Below, piece after piece: positions 20,898 through 29,639 of a DNA stretch of 64,000 nt (positions are counted from its first letter, which is position 1; every line of letters starts with the position of its first letter). Under the pieces are notes generated by a model. It made no database searches and was not told the origin of the DNA. It was given only the letters and a program-made list of their open reading frames with translations. A program made the position numbers and the translations under genes. The DNA comes from Microgenomates group bacterium (GTDB lineage: Bacteria; Patescibacteriota; Microgenomatia; Daviesbacterales; UBA10151): positions 448,589 to 512,588 of the forward strand of contig JBAZXP010000001.1 in assembly GCA_041659805.1 (NCBI GenBank). The letters run 5' to 3'.

Positions 20898-21770
20898 ATG
20901 GACCAAGGAAATACTGACCCAAATAATCCAGCTCCGACATTTCCACAACAACCTGTTGTTGGTGGGGAAACAGCTGCGCCTGTAGCTCCTGCTGAAACAC
21001 CAACTCCTCCTGTAGACCAATTTATGGCTGCTCCTGCAGCACCTACACCAGCAGATACTTCTGCTGCAGCTCCTGTGGCAGATGCTCCTGCAAATCCTTG
21101 GGGGGCTCCAACAACACCTACTGCTGAAGCTCCAGTTCCTGCTCCGACGGATGCAACACCACCTCAACCAAGTGTGTTCGGAGGGAGTGCTTCTGCCCTG
21201 GAAGCTGCTCCTGCTGCAGTTCCTGATCCTGCTCAACCAACAGCTTTTAATCCTTTTGCAACTCCTACAGCAGAAGCTGCTCCTGCTTCAACAACTACCG
21301 GCACTGAGGCTGTTCCGACAGACTTAAGCAGCTTGGCAGGTAATTCATCTGAAGCTACTAATTACGTCCCCCCAGCAGAAGCTCCTGTACCCACAGCTCA
21401 ACCTGAATCTTTGGTAACATCAGCACCCGCAGCAGGTGAAGCGTCTCAAGCAGTTACATCAACCGGTGGGGGTGGTTTCCCAAAGATTATATACATAATT
21501 GGTGGAGTAGTATTATTGGTTGTAATTGCAGCATCCGCATATTTTATCTTTGGAGTAGGTAAACCTACTGAGACTTCAACAACAACTTCAGTTCCTGCGA
21601 CTCAAGAACCGGCAACGGCTCCTGCTACTTTTATTCCTCCTCCTGCATCATCACCGTCGTCTGCTTTGCCGGGAAGTACTTCAACTAGTGCTGCAACTCC
21701 AGCAACTGGAGGGTCAGCCTATGATTTATTAAAACAAAGACAATCTGCAACAGGATCAGCTAATCCATAA
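20898..21770 (+). CDS. Pro/Ala/Thr-rich low-complexity protein with one TM helix
   Basis: 290 aa. It has an N-terminal disordered PAT-rich region, a hydrophobic helix IIYIIGGVVLLVVIAASAYFIF, and a C-terminal T/S/P-rich tail. Confidence 0.5.
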   Translation: MDQGNTDPNNPAPTFPQQPVVGGETAAPVAPAETPTPPVDQFMAAPAAPTPADTSAAAPVADAPANPWGAPTTPTAEAPVPAPTDATPPQPSVFGGSASALEAAPAAVPDPAQPTAFNPFATPTAEAAPASTTTGTEAVPTDLSSLAGNSSEATNYVPPAEAPVPTAQPESLVTSAPAAGEASQAVTSTGGGGFPKIIYIIGGVVLLVVIAASAYFIFGVGKPTETSTTTSVPATQEPATAPATFIPPPASSPSSALPGSTSTSAATPATGGSAYDLLKQRQSATGSANP

Positions 21771-22227
21771 GAGTAATTTGACGTGAATCTTCTGTAAGGT
21801 ATTCCAACTCTATTTTTATAATTTTATTTTTAGGTAAATTAGTTATTTTATCTGCCCATTCAATGAGAAAAATATTCTTAGGATTTACAAAAAGATCTGT
21901 TAGTCCTAGGTTATTGATTTGTTGCATGCCTTCCAACCTATAAAGATCAAGGTGATATAGTCTGGCATCAACCTTGTTGGGTATAACGTATTCTCTCATT
22001 AAAACAAAAGTAGGGGAGAGGATTTTAGATTTTATCCCTAAGGCTTTAGCAAAACCTTGGACAAAAGTTGTTTTTCCTGCACCCAAGGGGCCAGTTAAGG
22101 TAATAATTGCGCCATTTTGAAATTTTTGGGCCAAATCTGAGGCTAATTTTTGTGTACTTTCGGCTGAATTTGTAATATATTTTTTCATCTTAAGATTATA
22201 TCCCTTTAAATTTGCCTTTGGCAACAA
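21760..22227 (-). CDS. tsaE: tRNA t6A37 biosynthesis ATPase TsaE (YjeE)
   Basis: 155 aa with a P-loop LTGPLGAGKTTF, and with SPTFVLMREY and HLDLYRL blocks typical of TsaE. Confidence 0.8.
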   Translation of the reverse strand: MLPKANLKGYNLKMKKYITNSAESTQKLASDLAQKFQNGAIITLTGPLGAGKTTFVQGFAKALGIKSKILSPTFVLMREYVIPNKVDARLYHLDLYRLEGMQQINNLGLTDLFVNPKNIFLIEWADKITNLPKNKIIKIELEYLTEDSRQITLMD

Positions 22228-23017
22228 AAGTAAAAACTAAAACCCCTGAAAGAATTAAAATAACCCCTCCTGCAATAAAGATTAAATTCATAAAAGAAAA
22301 TCCGTTTTCTTCCGGTTTTGTGGGTGACGGCGTGGGGCTGGCAGAGGAGGTGGACGAGCCTAAAATAGATGATGGCAAAATTAGATTTGTACCTGACGGA
22401 GACGCTGCATTTTGGGGAGTAGATTTAGTTGGAGTAGAAGTTGGTTTTTTAGTAGGTGTTGAAGTTTTAGTAGGCGTTGGGGTTTTTGTGGGCGTTGGTG
22501 TGGAAGTTGGGGTTTGAGTAGGGGTTGGCGTTTGTGTAGGAGTTGGAGTTTCTGTGGGGGTGGGGGAGGGAACTATGGTTGAAGAATTATTAGAGGATCC
22601 TTTTGAAGGTGAAGAGAAAATAACCCATTCCCCTCCCCCATCAGTTTTACGCCCGGCGGACTGTCCGGAATTTGGCGCAGAAATATCTTTGGAATCTCCG
22701 TAAATAATTTGATCAATTATTTCTCCGGTAGCAGTTGCAACTAATTTAATTGTATCCCCGCCGTTATTCAGTCTATTCGACCAATCAATGGTGCAAAAAT
22801 TTCCACTACAAGTTGCAGTAGATAAGAGTTTAGGATTAGTTCCAAGTGCATCAACTAATTGATAAAGTGAAGTATCAACACTGTCAAAATAAATTTCTAC
22901 CCAATCAGGGTCTCCCATCGAATAAAATTCATTTATTTTAATAGTGCCCGCAAAAACTGGTGAGAAAATAAAAAGAAAACAGAAGATGGATAAAAAAGTT
23001 ACAATAAACTTCTTCAC
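22196..23017 (-). CDS. Secreted/anchored protein with a lamin-tail-like (LTD) domain and a Pro/Thr linker
   Basis: 273 aa with a signal peptide. An LTD-like block IKINEF....DWVEIYF is followed by a (PTxT)n linker of about 45 aa and a C-terminal TM anchor. Confidence 0.55.
   Translation of the reverse strand: MKKFIVTFLSIFCFLFIFSPVFAGTIKINEFYSMGDPDWVEIYFDSVDTSLYQLVDALGTNPKLLSTATCSGNFCTIDWSNRLNNGGDTIKLVATATGEIIDQIIYGDSKDISAPNSGQSAGRKTDGGGEWVIFSSPSKGSSNNSSTIVPSPTPTETPTPTQTPTPTQTPTSTPTPTKTPTPTKTSTPTKKPTSTPTKSTPQNAASPSGTNLILPSSILGSSTSSASPTPSPTKPEENGFSFMNLIFIAGGVILILSGVLVFTFVAKGKFKGI
22430..22565. repeat. Imperfect tandem repeat encoding the Pro/Thr linker
   Basis: The gttgg(a/g)gt(a/t)g / gtagg(c/t)gttg-type units iterate about 8 times, giving PTPTQTPTPT... 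in the minus-strand gene. Confidence 0.6.
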
Positions 23018-23040
23018 TTACTTTATAGTAGCACAGAGGT

Positions 23041-24255
23041 TTAAAGTATGTGCCAGTAGAGAGTGACTATGCCATTTTGGTGATCAATAATTAGGCCTTT
23101 TCCTGTAGGGCTTCCTCCTGACATCATGTCTGGTGAGCAGGTTGCCTTCATAAAACAATCACAAGTGGCGGATGTTCTATAAGCAATGCCATTGTCTGCA
23201 GCATAAATAGGTCTTCCGAAAAATATTCCGTCTTTGGGTACAATGTCTAAGCCCCAATGGTCTGAATGATAACCTAAAACCTCATAAGTATCGCCATACT
23301 CAGTAGTTATAGTTGTTTCAGCAGGGAAGCCCTGGAGTGGTGGACTGAGTTTTCCGCTGTCCAGATATTTATGCGGATTAACTCTGGTTCCGATAATTCT
23401 TCCTCCCTCTACCTTGGCATTTTCAAATACTTCAAAGTGTAAATGTGGACCTGTTGAACAACCGGTGCTTCCCATTGAGGCGACTAGCTGACCCTTGGTG
23501 ACAGGTCCGACAGTTGGCCCAACATTGGAAATGGCCTGGGCAATAGAATCCTGTTCTGCTTTAAGTTGAACAAGTAAACTTTGGTACACTTTTTCATTGT
23601 TTTTGGTTATTGTAAGCAACTGGCTTTTGGCTTTTTCCTGTTCGTCTAATTGATTTTGATAATTGATCAGGTCTTTTTTTAATTTTTCTGCCTGCTGTTG
23701 ACGTGACTCCTTATCAACTTTTTGGTCATTGTAGGTGGCTTTTGTTGCCTGGAGTTGATATAAAACTTTTTTATCATTGGCCTGGGCAACGGATATATAT
23801 TTTGTCCTGTTAAAAAAATCAGCAAAACCATTGGATGAAAAGAAAAAATCAAAGGCGGAACGACTTCCTTGTTTATAAGTCTGAACAATTCTATTAAGTA
23901 GAACCTGGCTAATAGAATTAAGAGATGAGGAAAGATTAGTAATTCTTATTGATAAGTCACTAATCTCTTTTTCCAGTTTGGCAATTTGGGTGTTTGTTTC
24001 ATCAATTTTTAACTGAGTGAATTTAGTTTTTGAATCAATAAAATTAAGCTGAGACTGCAGAGTTTTATCTTTTTGTTGCTCTTCATTTAAAAGTGCCTGA
24101 CACTGAGCAGTTAAATCAGAAATACAATTATATTTTTTGGTTAAATCTGAATCTGTACACGTAGAGCTGTCATCGCAATTTTGTGCCAAAACAATATTGG
24201 GAGTTAGAAATATAAAGAAGAGGATAAAAATAAAAAAAGTGCGGCAAATCTTCAT
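23041..24255 (-). CDS. Coiled-coil + M23 metallopeptidase (EnvC-like murein hydrolase activator/endopeptidase)
   Basis: 404 aa with a signal peptide and a long coiled-coil. The C-terminal M23 block GSTGCSTGPHLHFEV is present. It lies directly downstream of ftsEX. Confidence 0.8.
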   Translation of the reverse strand: MKICRTFFIFILFFIFLTPNIVLAQNCDDSSTCTDSDLTKKYNCISDLTAQCQALLNEEQQKDKTLQSQLNFIDSKTKFTQLKIDETNTQIAKLEKEISDLSIRITNLSSSLNSISQVLLNRIVQTYKQGSRSAFDFFFSSNGFADFFNRTKYISVAQANDKKVLYQLQATKATYNDQKVDKESRQQQAEKLKKDLINYQNQLDEQEKAKSQLLTITKNNEKVYQSLLVQLKAEQDSIAQAISNVGPTVGPVTKGQLVASMGSTGCSTGPHLHFEVFENAKVEGGRIIGTRVNPHKYLDSGKLSPPLQGFPAETTITTEYGDTYEVLGYHSDHWGLDIVPKDGIFFGRPIYAADNGIAYRTSATCDCFMKATCSPDMMSGGSPTGKGLIIDHQNGIVTLYWHIL

Positions 24256-24277
24256 AAATTTTTAAAACTCGCTACTG

Positions 24278-25504
24278 TTAAAAATTTACCTTATCTATCT
24301 CTGAAATACTATTGAGTGAATATTGGTCTGTAAAATTGATGTTGTGACCGTTGGGTGTGAATGGATCGTTCATTTTATAGTTACCGTTTGATCCGCTAAT
24401 AATAACCATAAAATGAGCAGGTCCTCTGCCTATACCGACAATAACCGGTCGGCCTGCAGAAAGCTCACTATCCAACTCTCCCCTGATTCTTTCTGACGTT
24501 GTCCCGTCAGCAACGATGACTTTATTTAAATAAGCAGGGAAGTATGAAGCAAAATTATTAGGATTAGAATTAATTGTTGTGGGCGTCACCCCTCTGTGGC
24601 CGTAGTGGGTGTAGATCATGGCCATGGATGTTACCAGACAACCGTCGCTTGCGAGTGTATATGATGTTCCATTGAGCGGTAGACCGCCCCATTTTGTATC
24701 CCGTTGATTATAATAACATCCCTTCCACCCGTCATCACAAACTGTCTGATTACTTAAGGGTGTTGCACCTCCTAAAGAAGCAGTAAAGCTGGAAAAAGCT
24801 GCGAGTTGTTCCTGTGCATGGGACAATAATCTTTGGTAAGTTACTTCGTCATTTTGAGTATCTTTTAGGAGTTTATCTTTTGCTTTTTTCTGATCTACCA
24901 GTTGGATCTGATAAGCGTTTAAATCTTTTTTTAATTTTTCTTGTTGTGCTTGTCTTGTTTTTTTGTCTACTTTCTGATCATTGTATGTTGTTTTTGTGGC
25001 CTGCAGTTGGTACAAAACTTTTTTATCATTGGCCTGGGCCACGGATATATATTTAACCTTTCCGATTAAATCAGAGAAACCATGAGAAGAAAAGAACAGA
25101 TCAATTGCAGAATAATTGCCGTATTTATATGTTTCAACGATCCGGTTTAAAAGCACCTGGCTTAGATCATCAACAGTGGCAGATAAACGTACAATTCTGG
25201 TATCTAAATCAACAATTTCATGATCTAATTTTGCAATCTGATTTTCAGCTTCTGCAATTTTTAATTCTGTAACTTTTGCCTGTGTATCAATAAAGTTGAG
25301 CTGTGACTTTAAAGTTTTTTCCTGTCCCTGGGCATCTCTTAATTGTTTTTGATATTTTGCAATTAAATCATTTAAACAGACTGATTTTTTATCATCAGGA
25401 ACATTATTACAGTTATCTTCTTCTGCAAAAACAGGTTGGGTAAGAAAAACAGAGGTTGTTAAAAGAAGTGTTAAAAACATGAGAAAAATTGCTGCTTTTT
25501 TCAT
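24278..25504 (-). CDS. Coiled-coil + papain-like (C39-like/CHAP-like) cysteine peptidase; PcsB-like
   Basis: 408 aa. Its coiled-coil N-terminus is near-identical in places to 23041..24255. The C-terminal domain has Cys in DGCLVTSMAMIYTHYG and His in GPAHFMVI. Confidence 0.6.
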   Translation of the reverse strand: MKKAAIFLMFLTLLLTTSVFLTQPVFAEEDNCNNVPDDKKSVCLNDLIAKYQKQLRDAQGQEKTLKSQLNFIDTQAKVTELKIAEAENQIAKLDHEIVDLDTRIVRLSATVDDLSQVLLNRIVETYKYGNYSAIDLFFSSHGFSDLIGKVKYISVAQANDKKVLYQLQATKTTYNDQKVDKKTRQAQQEKLKKDLNAYQIQLVDQKKAKDKLLKDTQNDEVTYQRLLSHAQEQLAAFSSFTASLGGATPLSNQTVCDDGWKGCYYNQRDTKWGGLPLNGTSYTLASDGCLVTSMAMIYTHYGHRGVTPTTINSNPNNFASYFPAYLNKVIVADGTTSERIRGELDSELSAGRPVIVGIGRGPAHFMVIISGSNGNYKMNDPFTPNGHNINFTDQYSLNSISEIDKVNF

Positions 25505-25510
25505 CTAAAT

Positions 25511-26386
25511 TTAGATATGTAAATAACGGCGGACAGCAATGAATGAGCCGATTGCTCCGACAAGTGCTGCGACCAGAAGGTTTGACAATAAAAATAGCAG
25601 CATAACAATTATCGGAATAGGGAATATCACTGCAGCAACTTCTCCTAAATTGTTTAAAAGTAGCGGCTCAAAATACCACAGAATCGCAAAACTGGTCAGC
25701 CATCCGAGGAACGCACCCATGGTGGCATAAAAAATACCTTCAAGCAAAAAAGGCAATCTGATAAACCAATTTGATGCTCCCAAAAGTTTCATAGTTTCTA
25801 TCTCATCTCTTTTTATCCTGATTTTAAATCCAATAATCATCACTGTAATTAAAATTGAGAATGAAATTAGAAATAACACGACAGCTCCACCTACTACTCT
25901 GATTAAACGGGTTGCAGAGCTTAAAGAAGCCACAACATCTTCCGGGAAAACCACCTCTTCCACCACAGGTTCTTTTTTAACAATGTCAGCAATTGGTTTT
26001 AAATCTTCCGGAGTGTATGTTGAAATCTCGAGGGACGCAGGAAGGATATTGGCTGTAACGAGTTCCAATAGCATTGGGTTGGCTTTATTGCGGTCACGGT
26101 AAATTTGCAAGGCGTCTTCTTTGGAAACATACTTAAATTTGGCAATTTTCCCTGTTTTTTCCAAAGCATTTTGTATTGCTTTAACGTCATTAATTGTGGT
26201 TCCGTCTTTGAAAAAAGCTATAGCCTGAGGTTTACTTTCGTAATAATTTAAGATTTGCTGGGAACCTGTGGCAAGCAGTAAAAAGCTGGAAAGAACCAAA
26301 AAGGTTAAAAACATTACCATTAAAGCAGCTAATGCCTGATATGGAGTTCTTCTGATGTTTCTTCTTGTGAGTGTAAAAAAGTTCAT
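25511..26386 (-). CDS. ftsX: Cell-division ABC transporter permease FtsX
   Basis: 291 aa with an N-terminal TM, a large extracytoplasmic loop, and three C-terminal TMs forming the FtsX fold. Confidence 0.85.
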   Translation of the reverse strand: MNFFTLTRRNIRRTPYQALAALMVMFLTFLVLSSFLLLATGSQQILNYYESKPQAIAFFKDGTTINDVKAIQNALEKTGKIAKFKYVSKEDALQIYRDRNKANPMLLELVTANILPASLEISTYTPEDLKPIADIVKKEPVVEEVVFPEDVVASLSSATRLIRVVGGAVVLFLISFSILITVMIIGFKIRIKRDEIETMKLLGASNWFIRLPFLLEGIFYATMGAFLGWLTSFAILWYFEPLLLNNLGEVAAVIFPIPIIVMLLFLLSNLLVAALVGAIGSFIAVRRYLHI

Positions 26387-26389
26387 AGA

Positions 26390-27070
26390 TTAATGAGAAT
26401 AACCTCCTCCTTTGATATCTTTTATAATTTTACCGCCTTTTAAAGATACCACCCTTCTTTTTTGAGTATCAACAATTTCTTTGTTGTGGGTGGCCATAAG
26501 TACTGTAGTTCCCCAGGAATTAATTTCAATCAGAAGCTGTAAAACTGACCAGGCAGTTTCAGGATCCAAATCTCCTGTCGGCTCATCTGCCAGTAAAATT
26601 TCCGGTTTGCCGATAATCGCCCGGGCAATAGCTGTGCGTTGAGCCTCTCCTCCGGAAAGTTGTCTGGGAAAAAGATTCCGTCTGCCCCAGATATCAAAAA
26701 GCTTTAAGGTTCTTTCTACTTCTTTAGCAATTTCTACGTCACTTACTCCTCTAACATGTAGAGGAAGGGCAACATTTTCTAAAACAGTTCTATCATCCAG
26801 TAACTTAAAATCCTGGAATACAAAACCGACCTTTCGTCGGTAAAAGGGGACTTCACCGGATTTGAGTTTGGAAATATCCTGATTATCAACTAAAATTTTG
26901 CCTGTGGTGGGTAAATATTCACGGGCAAGAAGTCTTAGCAATGTGGATTTACCGGCGCCGGATGGCCCTACAAGGAAAACAAATTCACCGTTTTCTATAT
27001 TAAGATTAATATCTTCCAGGGCTGTGATATTTGTCGTAAATTTTTTTGTGACATTTTGAAATGAAACCAT
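26390..27070 (-). CDS. ftsE: Cell-division ABC transporter ATP-binding protein FtsE
   Basis: 226 aa with Walker A GPSGAGKST, signature LSGGEAQRTAIARA and Walker B ILLADEPT. Confidence 0.9.
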   Translation of the reverse strand: MVSFQNVTKKFTTNITALEDINLNIENGEFVFLVGPSGAGKSTLLRLLAREYLPTTGKILVDNQDISKLKSGEVPFYRRKVGFVFQDFKLLDDRTVLENVALPLHVRGVSDVEIAKEVERTLKLFDIWGRRNLFPRQLSGGEAQRTAIARAIIGKPEILLADEPTGDLDPETAWSVLQLLIEINSWGTTVLMATHNKEIVDTQKRRVVSLKGGKIIKDIKGGGYSH

Positions 27071-27085
27071 ATTATTAGGGGCGAG

Positions 27086-27520
27086 TTATTGTAACTCTAC
27101 TTTACCTACATCCATTAACCAACCTTCTTTCATAGCTTTTTGTGTTTCCCCAAAAACTTTAACCTTTTTGCCTTCGTATTGGCTGAGGTCAACAACTGAT
27201 GAAGTTAAGGCAACAGGGGTTGCTCCGATTCTGATAAGTAGATGTGTGCCTTCTACATAATCATTAGGCTTTTTGGGTGCCACCTGTTTTTGAATGGTTC
27301 CTTCTGCAAAATCGCGGAATGTTTTGGAATCCTGGCTGGCTACTTTGGCTTGGATGGTTGAGCCTTGCGTGGCAGCTTGCTGGCTGGTTTTACCTGAGTT
27401 TGATATTAAATAACCTGCAACTATTCCGAGTACAACAGAAGCTATTAATACACCCAAAAATATTTTGTTGATATTGTCTACTTTCAGATATTTTAAAGGA
27501 GTATTGGCAGTCAGTTCCAT
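27086..27520 (-). CDS. Hypothetical membrane-anchored protein
   Basis: 144 aa with one N-terminal TM helix. It sits between prfB and ftsE. Confidence 0.4.
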   Translation of the reverse strand: MELTANTPLKYLKVDNINKIFLGVLIASVVLGIVAGYLISNSGKTSQQAATQGSTIQAKVASQDSKTFRDFAEGTIQKQVAPKKPNDYVEGTHLLIRIGATPVALTSSVVDLSQYEGKKVKVFGETQKAMKEGWLMDVGKVELQ

Positions 27521-27536
27521 TAATCTATTCTACAAG

Positions 27537-28628
27537 TTAGCAGTTGCTTTTGTCCAGTGTCCTTATTTCAGCCTCAATAAAATCCTGTAAATCACCATCT
27601 AAAACAGCATCTGTATTGGAAGTTTCCACATCAGTGCGCAAGTCTTTGACCATATGATATGGATGCAGAACATAAGATCTGATTTGGGTGCCCCAGGAAG
27701 CCTGCCTATTTTCTCCTTTTAAATCTTCTGTTGTTTGTTTTTCCTGAGATTGCTGCAGAGCCCAAAGTTTTGCTTTCAGTAAAGCCATGGCATTTTCCCT
27801 GTTTTGCAGCTGAGACCTTTCTGTTTGGGCTGTTACCACAATCCCAGATGGTAAATGTTTCACCCGAACAGCTGTATTAACTTTATTAACATTTTGTCCT
27901 CCTGCCCCTCCTGATCTGAAAGCTTCAAATTCAACATCTGCAGGATTTATTTCTATTTCTGCGTCTCCTTCTATAACAGGCAAAACCTCAACCAGACAAA
28001 AAGAAGTCTGCCTTAGCTTATCAGCGTTAAAAGGGGATTGTCTGACCAGTCTGTGGGTGCCTGCTTCACCTTTTAAATACCCATAAGCAAAAGGTGTGTG
28101 AACTATCATAGAAATGGATTTAATACCCGCTTCTTCACCCATATCTTCGTTGGTAATTTCAAATTCCCAGCCTACACGATCAAAAAACCTTTGGTACATG
28201 CGTGAAACCATGCCTGCCCAATCCATAGCCTCCACTCCTCCTGCACCTGAATGAACAGATAAAATTGCCTCAGAGGCGTCCCGCGGACCTGATAAAAATA
28301 GCTGCATTTCCAGTGCGTCTAAAGTTTTGGTTAAATCCCGGGATTCTTTGGATAAATCTTCTTTCATTGATTCCTCGTCGCTCATTTCCAGTGCATCTTC
28401 AATTCTTTGTTCTAAACCTTCCAGGGTATTAAGCAGTTTTTGTTTTTGGGACAGCGCCTGGGAAACTTTTTTTGCTGTCTGGGAATCATTCCAAAAACCG
28501 GGTTTGTTCATTTCTACTTCCAGTTCCCTGATCTCACCCTGAATTTTATCTCTGTCAAATTGGGCAGAAATTTTTCCAAATCTGTCTTTTAAATTTTTTA
28601 AACTATCTTTAATTTCTTCCATGGGCAA
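27537..28628 (-). CDS. prfB: Peptide chain release factor 2
   Basis: 363 aa with the SPF tripeptide (VRQSPFNA) and the GGQ motif (SGGAGGQNVNK). The ORF is uninterrupted, with no +1 frameshift site. Confidence 0.9.
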   Translation of the reverse strand: MPMEEIKDSLKNLKDRFGKISAQFDRDKIQGEIRELEVEMNKPGFWNDSQTAKKVSQALSQKQKLLNTLEGLEQRIEDALEMSDEESMKEDLSKESRDLTKTLDALEMQLFLSGPRDASEAILSVHSGAGGVEAMDWAGMVSRMYQRFFDRVGWEFEITNEDMGEEAGIKSISMIVHTPFAYGYLKGEAGTHRLVRQSPFNADKLRQTSFCLVEVLPVIEGDAEIEINPADVEFEAFRSGGAGGQNVNKVNTAVRVKHLPSGIVVTAQTERSQLQNRENAMALLKAKLWALQQSQEKQTTEDLKGENRQASWGTQIRSYVLHPYHMVKDLRTDVETSNTDAVLDGDLQDFIEAEIRTLDKSNC

Positions 28629-28700
28629 ATTATACCAGCATAGCTCTTTCTAGTCATTGTGAGGAACCTTAGTTTTGCTTAGTACTGTGGTAATTTTTTA

Positions 28701-29234
28701 TCAAAATTTAGGATAAAATTCTAAGGATTTTCGCCATTTTTGATCTATTTCTTGTGGATATAAAACTTTTCTTTCTGCATCATTAGTAATAGAGTTTCTT
28801 CGGGTTTCTATAACAAATTCATCCCAACTTATTGGTACATATCCTGATTTTTTCATTTCCTCAATTAACCAATCTGCTTGATCTGGGGTAGCTCCATTAA
28901 ATCTGATTTTTCTCCAGAAATTAATACTTCCGTGATATAAGTAATGCGGTATGACTATTCCAGTAGATAAAGGGAGATTATTTTGTGCAAACTCAATAAG
29001 CTTTTTAGCTTCTTCTTCTGTAGAGGCTAAGTTCCCGTTTTTAGCATCACCATAGTGTAACCCCCATTGATAATTAGGCGATAAGTATTTTTCAATTCTT
29101 TCTATTGCCACGTTGCAAGCTTTGATAGCCCCAAGATCAGTAGGGGAGGGATCAAAATATCCTTCTGGGCGGAGACCATCTGAAGGGCAATATGCATAAT
29201 ATAATTTTAAGTCAGCATATCTTTCTGTAAGCAT
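28701..29234 (-). CDS. Hypothetical protein (unknown fold)
   Basis: 177 aa and soluble, with no family recognised by eye. Conserved-looking blocks are CPSDGLRPEGYFDPSPTD and PHYLYHGSINFW. Confidence 0.35.
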   Translation of the reverse strand: MLTERYADLKLYYAYCPSDGLRPEGYFDPSPTDLGAIKACNVAIERIEKYLSPNYQWGLHYGDAKNGNLASTEEEAKKLIEFAQNNLPLSTGIVIPHYLYHGSINFWRKIRFNGATPDQADWLIEEMKKSGYVPISWDEFVIETRRNSITNDAERKVLYPQEIDQKWRKSLEFYPKF

Positions 29235-29290
29235 TGTTTGAGATATTATAAGATAATAATCTAAAATACAAGGAGAATATGTGCTAAAAT

Positions 29291-29605
29291 TTGAGCATGA
29301 TACTTCATATAAATACTAAAGATTCTAAGTTAATAACCGTTGCTTTGAAGGATAAAAATAAAGTGGTGGGTGAAATGTCTGAGGAAAATGAATACGGCTC
29401 ACAGGTTTTACTTCCTTTAATTACTAAATTACTTAAAAAAGAGGATTTGGAATTTAAGGATTTAACAGAGGTGGAAGTTGAAGAAGGACCAGGTTCTTTT
29501 ACAGGACTAAGGGTTGGTGCTACTGTTGCTCAGGCTTTGGGATTTGCTTTAAATATTCCTGTTAACGGTAAACTTAATAGTCCTGTAAAATTAAAATATA
29601 CCTAA
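29291..29605 (+). CDS. tsaB: TsaB (YeaZ)-like N-terminal domain, short form
   Basis: 104 aa with the ASKHA N-lobe and the GPGSFTGLRVG motif. It lacks the C-terminal half found in canonical TsaB of about 230 aa. Confidence 0.6.
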   Translation: MSMILHINTKDSKLITVALKDKNKVVGEMSEENEYGSQVLLPLITKLLKKEDLEFKDLTEVEVEEGPGSFTGLRVGATVAQALGFALNIPVNGKLNSPVKLKYT

Positions 29606-29639
29606 GGTACAATTGGTGGTAATATATTGATAGGTTTTT

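Noticed and set aside
20760-21236. A 158-aa Cys/Arg/Ser-rich ORF on the minus strand
   Set aside because: It is the antisense reading of the low-complexity Pro/Ala/Thr gene at 20898..21770. The composition mirrors the sense strand and there is no RBS, so it is a spurious shadow ORF.
21082-21327. An 81-aa Leu/Gln-rich ORF
   Set aside because: It is an alternative frame of the PAT-rich gene, low-complexity and with no independent support.
22212-22517. A 101-aa Val/Gly-rich ORF on the plus strand
   Set aside because: It is the antisense reading of the Pro/Thr linker repeat of the LTD protein, an artefact of the tandem repeat.
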